A DNA stretch of 64,000 nucleotides. Source: an uncultured cyanobacterium. GTDB lineage: Bacteria > Cyanobacteriota > Cyanobacteriia > PCC-6307 > Cyanobiaceae. Shown here piece by piece: positions 57,545 through 64,000 of the stretch; the first letter of the stretch is position 1; each line of letters starts with the position of its first letter. Location: the NCBI GenBank assembly GCA_963697335.1, contig CAVONQ010000018.1:1-64000 (forward strand), given 5' to 3'. Both the position numbers and the translations under genes were made by a program. The notes below the pieces were generated by a model. The model saw nothing but the letters and a program-made list of their open reading frames with translations. It was not told the origin of the DNA and ran no database searches.

Positions 57545-57950
57545 GGCGATGCGGTGCCGTGCCGGAGGACGGTCTGACGTGAGGCTCCACGGTTCCACAG
57601 CGCGGCTGATTCCGCAACGGCGGTGAACCGGCTCTGACCTGCCGTCTTCTCTCAAAAGATCAGATCTACAGAAGTAAGAGCAATCCGTCGTCGTAGAGCC
57701 TGTGGAAACGGCGGAAATCCTCCAGATCAGCCTGCAGCCACTGCAGAGTCGCGGCCTGAGGGGGGAGGAGAATAGAGGGGGCTGTGCGGAATCCATCGCT
57801 TTTTCCACACTTTCCCGCGCCTGGGGAAATCGGCGGCCTGAGGCGGCCGCCTCCAGACCCCAGCGTGTCCCCCTGAAAAGACGAACTTTCCGCTGCCTTT
57901 CCTCAGCCACTTTTCAGAATGGCTGCCGGATTCGTGCCGTTGTCAGCCCA
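57545..57950. other. Putative chromosomal replication origin (oriC)
   Basis: Non-coding gap upstream of dnaN. TTTTCCACA at 57801-57809, TGTGGAAAC at 57701-57709, GGTTCCACA at 57591-57599, TGGGGAAAT at 57822-57830; AT-richer stretch ~57645-57680. Confidence 0.75.
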
Positions 57951-57954
57951 TGAC

Positions 57955-57978
57955 AAAGCCCCCGCTCTGCGGGGGCCG
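57955..57978 (-). terminator. Probable intrinsic terminator after thrC
   Basis: Stem CCCCCGC-TCT-GCGGGGG with short T-run on the minus strand, ~40 nt after the thrC stop. Confidence 0.5.
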
Positions 57979-58013
57979 AAAGGTGCCCTGCGGCCTTTCC
58001 TCGACCCGGCGCC

Positions 58014-59072
58014 CTAGAAGCCCATCACTTCGGCCACCTTTGCGGTATCCGCTTCCAGGCCGGTGTGGAAGGGAGCATCGTTGTGCTCGATCGCCGTAGC
58101 GGGATCCTTGAGTCCGTTGCCCGTGAGCACGCACACCACGGTGGCGCCCGCCGGCACCTCGGCGCGGCGCTTGAGCAGACCCGCCACGGAGGCGGCGCTG
58201 GCGGGCTCACAGAACACCCCCTCCTCGCTGCCGAGCAATTTGTAGGCCTCGATGATCTCGGCGTCGGTGACGGCCATGAAGCCGCCACCGCTCTCCGCCT
58301 CAACCCGCAGCGCGTTGTCGCGGTTGACTGGATTGCCGATCCGGATCGCCGTGGCGATGGTGTCGGGCTGCTCCACCGTGTGGCCGAGCACCAACGGCGC
58401 CGATCCGGCGGCCTGAAAGCCGAGCATGCGCGGCAGCCTGCTGCTCAGGCCGGCCTGCTGGTACTCCTTGAAGCCCATCCAATAGGCCGTGATGTTGCCG
58501 GCATTGCCCACGGGGATGCAGAGCCAGTCCGGGGCTTCGCCCAGGGCATCCACCACCTCGAAGGCGGCCGTCTTCTGCCCCTGCAGCCGGTAGGGGTTGA
58601 CCGAGTTGACCAGGGTCACCGGGTACTGGGTAGCCACCTCCTGCACGATCGCCAGGGCCCGGTCGAAATTGCCCTGGATGGCGATCACCTGGGCGCCGTA
58701 GAGCAGGGCCTGGGCCAGCTTTCCCTGGGCCACATAGCCATCTGGGATCAGCACGAAGGCGCGCATGCCTCCTCGGCGCGCGTAGGCCGCGGCGGCGGCC
58801 GAGGTATTGCCGGTGCTGGCGCAGATCACGGCTTCAGAGCCGGCCTCCTTCGCCTTGGAAATGGCCATCGTCATGCCCCGGTCCTTGAAGGAGCCGGTGG
58901 GGTTGAGGCCGTCGTACTTGAGAAACACGCGCACGCCCCGCCCGATGCGGCTCGCGAGGGCCTGGCTCGGTATCAGGGGGGTGGCCCCCTCCCGCAGGGT
59001 GATCACCGGCGTGGCATCGCTCACTGGCAACCAGGAGCGGTAGGCCTCAATCAGCCCTGGCCAGTCCTGCAT
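58014..59072 (-). CDS. thrC: Threonine synthase
   Basis: [25 protein letters not shown] and EPASAA. Confidence 0.95.
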   Translation of the reverse strand: MQDWPGLIEAYRSWLPVSDATPVITLREGATPLIPSQALASRIGRGVRVFLKYDGLNPTGSFKDRGMTMAISKAKEAGSEAVICASTGNTSAAAAAYARRGGMRAFVLIPDGYVAQGKLAQALLYGAQVIAIQGNFDRALAIVQEVATQYPVTLVNSVNPYRLQGQKTAAFEVVDALGEAPDWLCIPVGNAGNITAYWMGFKEYQQAGLSSRLPRMLGFQAAGSAPLVLGHTVEQPDTIATAIRIGNPVNRDNALRVEAESGGGFMAVTDAEIIEAYKLLGSEEGVFCEPASAASVAGLLKRRAEVPAGATVVCVLTGNGLKDPATAIEHNDAPFHTGLEADTAKVAEVMGF

Positions 59073-59158
59073 CGACCGGCGGCCGGAGCCAGGCCCCCAG
59101 CCCAGGCGACGCAGCGATTGGAGCAGGGGCAAGGGGGCAAGGGGTGGCTGGGCTGAAT

Positions 59159-59767
59159 CTACGGCTCGGATGCGGGTGCCGGAGCGCTGCCTGCCGCTGC
59201 AGGGGCGTTGTTGCGCAGGCCGTCCAGGGGGGATTCGGAGAAGAAGCGCACCAGCTCGGTGATCGAACTGGCCTTCTCCATCACGGCCAGCAAGGCAGGA
59301 ATGTCCACCTGCAGTTCCTGGGTGGGATAGGCCTCCAGGAAGGAGATGGCCGAGATGGCGCCATCGCCGTTCACCAGCCCCATGATCAGGGCGGAGCGCA
59401 GGGCGGGAATGCCCTGGCTGGGGGCGCTCAGGGGAAACACCACCTGGGCCAGGCGCTTCAGCAGGGCCTCCCCGATGCGGGTGTTGAGCAGCCGGCTTAC
59501 CAGGGTGATCGGCAGTGCCAGCGACTGGTTGAGCAGGGCCGACACCTCTTCGGGGTTCTGATTGCTGATCCGCAGCACGTCGGCCAGCAGACCCCGGGCC
59601 TCTCCGGTGCTGGCCAGGTGCTGCAGATCGGCCACCGGCAGGGAGCGGCGGAAGGCTCCACTCACAAAGACGATGTTCTCAGCCGCCAGAACGGCGGGGC
59701 AGGACAGACTCAGGCCCAGACCCAACAGGGCACCCAGAAGCCTTTGGCGAAGTGCTCTTGATCGCAT
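59159..59767 (-). CDS. DUF1400 (alpha/beta hydrolase-associated) protein
   Basis: Signal peptide then [21 protein letters not shown]...ALRSALI...FLEAYP. Confidence 0.8.
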   Translation of the reverse strand: MRSRALRQRLLGALLGLGLSLSCPAVLAAENIVFVSGAFRRSLPVADLQHLASTGEARGLLADVLRISNQNPEEVSALLNQSLALPITLVSRLLNTRIGEALLKRLAQVVFPLSAPSQGIPALRSALIMGLVNGDGAISAISFLEAYPTQELQVDIPALLAVMEKASSITELVRFFSESPLDGLRNNAPAAAGSAPAPASEP

Positions 59768-59803
59768 GGCCCCAGCCTAGGAGTTAAGGCAACTGCGGTC
59801 AGC

Positions 59804-61888
59804 TCAGGCCATTCTCAGGGGAGCGGTCTGAGGCTTGGCGCGGCCTGGCAGGCCGGGAGGCACCAGCACGTCGCGCACCAGATGCACCAAGCCTCGCTCG
59901 GCCAGGCCCCGGGCCACATCCAGGCCCATGCGTCGCAACTCCGGTTCGCCCAGCACCCTGGGCAGCCGCTTCAGCAGCAGCTGGGGTTCAAAGCCCGGAA
60001 CGGATCGCAGGATCTCGACCAACTGACGCACCGGCTCGAGGTCCAGTAGGGGTTCTTCGGCTGTCGAGGGCGGCCGCTGTCGCACCCCGGGGGGTTGAAA
60101 CCGGGGAGGAAGCCGCTGGCCCAGTCGCAGGGTGGCCTGCCAGGCCAGACCATCGATGCGCTGCACCACGGCATCCACCAGTTGCTGGCGCAGCAGGCCC
60201 CCATGGGGGGAGAACAGAAAGTCCAGAACCTGATCAATCAGACCGTCGAGGTCGAGGCTGGCTCCCTGGGAGGCGCTGGCGATGAGGTTGTCGAGCCGTT
60301 GCCAGCGAAAGATCTCACCATCGAAGAGCATCTCCTTGAGGCTGCTGCGCAACTGGGGATCGGGATCCTCCATCAGCCGCCGGGCGAAGTAGGGATAGGC
60401 GGCACCGAGGATTTTGAAGTCTGGATCCACACTCAGAGCGATGCCCTCAAGGGTGACCAGGGAGCGGATGATCAGGGCGTAGTAGGGAGGTACACGAAAC
60501 GGGAATTTGTACATCACACCGGAGAGATCGTCGGTGACGGCCTTGAAGTCCATACGGCTCACTCCCATCTCAATGGCCTGGCCAAACACACCCTCAAAGG
60601 CGGGTACAATGGGCTCTAGGTTGACATCCTCAGCCAGAAAACCAAGACTGACGAAATCCTGGGAGAGCTTGCCGAAATTTCGATTAACCAGATGCACAAC
60701 GGCCTGAATCAGCCCGGTTCTAGCCTCCCGGCTCACCGAGCTCATCATGCCGAAATCAAGGTAGGCAAGGCGTCCATCTGCCAGGGCCAACAGGTTGCCT
60801 GGATGGGGATCGGCGTGGAAGAAACCATGCTCCAGAAGTTGCTGAAGGCTGCAGTTCACGCCCACCTCCACCATGTCATCGGGATCCATGCCAATACTGC
60901 GCACTGCCTCCAGGTTGGTGAGCTTCACGCCATCAATCCACTCCATCGTGAGCACCCTGCGGCTGGTAGCCTCGTGATAAATACGGGGCACGGCGATGCG
61001 AGGGTTGTGGCGATGGAGTTCAGCGAAGCGCTCGGCGTTCTGGGCTTCGTTGTAGTAGTCCATCTCCTCGAACACCCGCTGGCCCAGCTCATCGATCAAG
61101 GCCACCAGATCGCTGCGAATCAGACCGACGTTGCGGTTGATCCAGGCGGCAATGTTGCGCACGATGTAGAGATCGAGCGTGATCTGCTCCCGCAGCCCAG
61201 GACGCTGCACTTTGACGGCCACGCGCTCACCACTGTGCAGGGTGCCGCGGTGCACCTGGCCGAGGGACGCCGCCGAGATCGGCTCCAGCTCCAGCTGGGC
61301 ATAGATGGCCTGAACGGGAGCGCCGAGGTCTTCCTCGATGCACGCCATCGCCAGGGCCGAGTCAAAGCCGGGCAGCTGGTCCTGGAGCTGGGCCAGTTCC
61401 TCCAGGAGCAGCGGGGGCACGATGTCCGGCCTGGTGGAGAGGGCCTGACCGGCCTTGATGAAGGCTGGCCCCAGGGAGGCGATCAGGTCGGCGGCTTCGC
61501 TGGCTCGGGAGCGGGCCACCTCCGGATTCCTCAGCCGTCTCAGCAGCCAATCGATCCCCACCCCGGCCAAAAACAGGCTGATGGGCACCAGCGTCTGCAA
61601 AAGGCGCCGGATCAGCCGCTGGGGATGGCCGGCATAGATGCGGCTGATCGTGGCCGGGTCGTAGGTGAGCAGCCCGGCGGCCTCGATGAAATCGCTGAGC
61701 TCGCCCGTGGCTGCCGCCAGCCCGGCCCGGCCCGGTTCCGGGTCGGCCTGCACCGCCTGGCGCATGGCCGCCGCCGCCTGTTCGATGGCGGTGGGGGGAG
61801 TGACTTCCGGGGCAGGACCCGGTGGATCCGGCCGCATGCTCACAGGTTCGGGAGACCCTTGCACCGTGTCCGGGCGACTGCTCACCAT
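59804..61888 (-). CDS. ABC1/UbiB atypical kinase
   Basis: LGPAFIKAGQALSTRPD, AASLGQVH, VAVKVQRP, FFHADPHPGN and DFGMM; start approximate. Confidence 0.92.
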   Translation of the reverse strand: MVSSRPDTVQGSPEPVSMRPDPPGPAPEVTPPTAIEQAAAAMRQAVQADPEPGRAGLAAATGELSDFIEAAGLLTYDPATISRIYAGHPQRLIRRLLQTLVPISLFLAGVGIDWLLRRLRNPEVARSRASEAADLIASLGPAFIKAGQALSTRPDIVPPLLLEELAQLQDQLPGFDSALAMACIEEDLGAPVQAIYAQLELEPISAASLGQVHRGTLHSGERVAVKVQRPGLREQITLDLYIVRNIAAWINRNVGLIRSDLVALIDELGQRVFEEMDYYNEAQNAERFAELHRHNPRIAVPRIYHEATSRRVLTMEWIDGVKLTNLEAVRSIGMDPDDMVEVGVNCSLQQLLEHGFFHADPHPGNLLALADGRLAYLDFGMMSSVSREARTGLIQAVVHLVNRNFGKLSQDFVSLGFLAEDVNLEPIVPAFEGVFGQAIEMGVSRMDFKAVTDDLSGVMYKFPFRVPPYYALIIRSLVTLEGIALSVDPDFKILGAAYPYFARRLMEDPDPQLRSSLKEMLFDGEIFRWQRLDNLIASASQGASLDLDGLIDQVLDFLFSPHGGLLRQQLVDAVVQRIDGLAWQATLRLGQRLPPRFQPPGVRQRPPSTAEEPLLDLEPVRQLVEILRSVPGFEPQLLLKRLPRVLGEPELRRMGLDVARGLAERGLVHLVRDVLVPPGLPGRAKPQTAPLRMA

Positions 61889-61996
61889 GGCCGCCGACTG
61901 CCGCAAATTCTGTCCCCCTTCTAAAGCACTGAACCAGCCGCTACGGTCGGGGTCTTCACTGGGTGCCGGCTCATCGGTGCCATTCACGGAGGCTGC

Positions 61997-63709
61997 GTGC
62001 TCACGGCCCTGCGCCTGGAGAACATCGCCCTGATTGAGCACCTCGAGCTTGGCTTCAGCTCCGGCCTCACCGTGCTCACCGGTGAGACCGGTGCCGGCAA
62101 GTCGATCCTGCTCGATGCCCTCGATGCCCTGCTGGGCGGGGCTCCCGGCGGCTCGGCCTCCCGCCTGCTGCGCTCCGGCAGCTCCCGGGCCCGCATCGAG
62201 GCCTGTTTCTCACTCTCCCCTCCCCTGCAGCTCTGGCTCGCGGCCCAAGACCTGGAGGAGGCCGACGAGGGCGAGATCGTGCTGGCCAGGGAGTGGCGCT
62301 GGAGCGAGGGGAGGCTCAGCAGCCGCCACCGGCTCAACGGTGTGGCCATCAACCGCTCCCAGCTGCAGGAGCTGCGTCCCCTGCTGCTCGACCTCACCGT
62401 GCAGGGTCAGACCCAGCAGCTGGCCCGTCCTGGTCAGCAACGGCGCTGGCTGGACCGTTTCGGTGGCCCGAGTCTGCAGCAGTCCCTGGTGGCCGCAGCC
62501 ACGGCCTGGCGTGATTGGAAGCAGGCCCTTGAGGCCCTGGAGCAGGCGCGGCTGGCCGCCGACCAGTTGCAGCTGCAGCGGGCGGAGCAGGAGGCGTGCC
62601 TGGCCGAGCTGGAGGCGGCCGGCCTGGAGGATCCGGCCGAGCGCGAGCGCCTGGAGAGGGAGCAGGACCGACTGGCCCATGGCGTGCGCCTGCAGGAGGG
62701 CGTGATGACCCTGCTCGGTCGGCTGCTGGAGGGGGCTGAAGGTGCCCCTTCCGTGCTGGATCACCTGGCGGCTTGTGAGCCGGAATGGCAGGCCATGGAG
62801 CAGTGCGATGGCTCTCTCGCCGAGCTGCGAGGCCGGGCGGCGGAGCTGCTGCTGCTCACCCAGGAACTGGTGCGTGATCTCGACCGCTATGGCGGTTTGC
62901 TGGAGAGCGATCCAGGCAGCCTGGCCACCCTCCAGAGCCGCATCCACGACCTCAAGATCCTTGAACGTCGCCATGGTCAGGATCTGGCGGGGTTGATCGC
63001 CCTCCGCGATCAGTTGGGTGAGCTGCTCTCCCCCTCGGGCCAGGGCACCTCCCTGGAGGCGTTAGAGGCCCGGGAGCTGCAGGCGCGCCGGTGCCGTGAT
63101 GCGGCCCATGGGGTGCTCAGCGAGCAGCGCCGCAGGGCTGCGGCCAGCCTCAACGGCGAGATGCTTGAGGCCCTGCGACCGATGGGGCTGGCCAACGTGC
63201 GCTTCAGTGCGGCGATCGAGGCCGCCGAGCCCGGCGAGGCCGGTGCCGATCGGGTTCAGTTTCTGTTTTCCGCCAACCCGGGTCAGCCCCTGGCGCCCCT
63301 GGCGGAGGTGGCTTCGGGGGGAGAGATGAGCCGCTTCCTGCTGGCCCTCAAAACCTGCCTGGCGGCGGCCGATGCCCACGTCACCCTGCTGTTCGATGAG
63401 ATCGACAGCGGCGTCAGCGGCAGGGTCAGCGGGGCCATGGCAACCTTGCTGCGGCGTCTGGCCGGCCAGAGGCAGGTGTTCTGCGTCACCCACCAACCCC
63501 TGGTGGCCGCAGCGGCGGACCACCACTTCCAGGTGTCCAAGGACGTGGTGGATGGGATGACCCACACCCGGGTGTCCCACCTGCGGGACACCCAGGCCCG
63601 CCAGGCGGAATTGGCGGAACTGGCCGGCGGGGACGGTGGCGAGGCCCGCAGCTACGCGGCGAGCCTGCTGCTGCAGGGCGGTGCCGAGCAGCACCCCGGC
63701 GACCGCTGA
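61997..63709 (+). CDS. recN: DNA repair protein RecN
   Basis: TGETGAGKSI, ASGGEMSR, FDEIDSGVSG and CVTHQP. Confidence 0.95.
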   Translation: MLTALRLENIALIEHLELGFSSGLTVLTGETGAGKSILLDALDALLGGAPGGSASRLLRSGSSRARIEACFSLSPPLQLWLAAQDLEEADEGEIVLAREWRWSEGRLSSRHRLNGVAINRSQLQELRPLLLDLTVQGQTQQLARPGQQRRWLDRFGGPSLQQSLVAAATAWRDWKQALEALEQARLAADQLQLQRAEQEACLAELEAAGLEDPAERERLEREQDRLAHGVRLQEGVMTLLGRLLEGAEGAPSVLDHLAACEPEWQAMEQCDGSLAELRGRAAELLLLTQELVRDLDRYGGLLESDPGSLATLQSRIHDLKILERRHGQDLAGLIALRDQLGELLSPSGQGTSLEALEARELQARRCRDAAHGVLSEQRRRAAASLNGEMLEALRPMGLANVRFSAAIEAAEPGEAGADRVQFLFSANPGQPLAPLAEVASGGEMSRFLLALKTCLAAADAHVTLLFDEIDSGVSGRVSGAMATLLRRLAGQRQVFCVTHQPLVAAAADHHFQVSKDVVDGMTHTRVSHLRDTQARQAELAELAGGDGGEARSYAASLLLQGGAEQHPGDR

Positions 63710-63764
63710 GGGCCCGCGCCGGTCTCTTGAAATTCTTTACATTCGTCGTTTGCCCCCTGGCCCC

Positions 63765-64000
63765 ATGTCCTGGACCGCCACTGACATCCCGGACCAGTCA
63801 GGTCGCGTTGCCCTGGTGACTGGCGCCAGCAGTGGCCTCGGCCTCGAAACCGCTTGCGCCCTCGTGGCCCGGGGGGCCCTCGTGGTGCTCGGCTGCCGCT
63901 CCGCGGCCCGGGCCGAGCGCGCCCGCCAGGAGCTACTGCCCGCGGTGGCTGAGGGCGGCGCTGTGGACGTGCTTGCCCTGGACCTCGCCGATCTGCGCGC
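63765..64000 (+). CDS. Short-chain dehydrogenase/reductase (partial, runs off window)
   Basis: Hand translation: MSWTATDIPDQSGRVALVTGASSGLGLETA...LDLADL. Confidence 0.85.
   Translation, partial: MSWTATDIPDQSGRVALVTGASSGLGLETACALVARGALVVLGCRSAARAERARQELLPAVAEGGAVDVLALDLADLR

Overview
GC-rich picocyanobacterial (Cyanobium/Synechococcus-like) chromosome segment, mostly conserved housekeeping genes around the replication origin. Gene order: SpoIID-like, rpmI-rplT, TPR protein, thiG, psb34-like, sqdB-sqdX, mrdA, guaA, cbiD, class V aminotransferase, tRNA-Gly(CCC), SNF2 helicase/HNH pair, pdxA, accB, efp, cyclophilin, thiL, gap, murC-murB, ybaB, rsgA, dnaJ-grpE, pilB-pilT-pilC, dusA, rbp, argH, PP2C, ftsY, nusB, queG, gyrA/parC-like, purF, purL, dnaN, oriC, thrC, ABC1 kinase, recN. 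The first ~4.9 kb carries about ten small indels that break essential genes, most likely an assembly artefact. Main hunting results: (1) a SMARCAL1/HARP-like SNF2 helicase divergent from an HNH nuclease, next to a small gene preceded by a LexA-box-like palindrome, which may be an SOS-linked, split ZRANB3-like fork-repair module; (2) a broken 124-codon integrase-like remnant directly after tRNA-Gly; (3) a lower-GC pilB-pilT-pilC block whose PilB has a Cys4 tail; (4) DnaA boxes upstream of dnaN with no dnaA nearby; (5) three divergent gene pairs whose candidate starts overlap on one CATG. All product calls come from motif recognition by eye; no database search was run.
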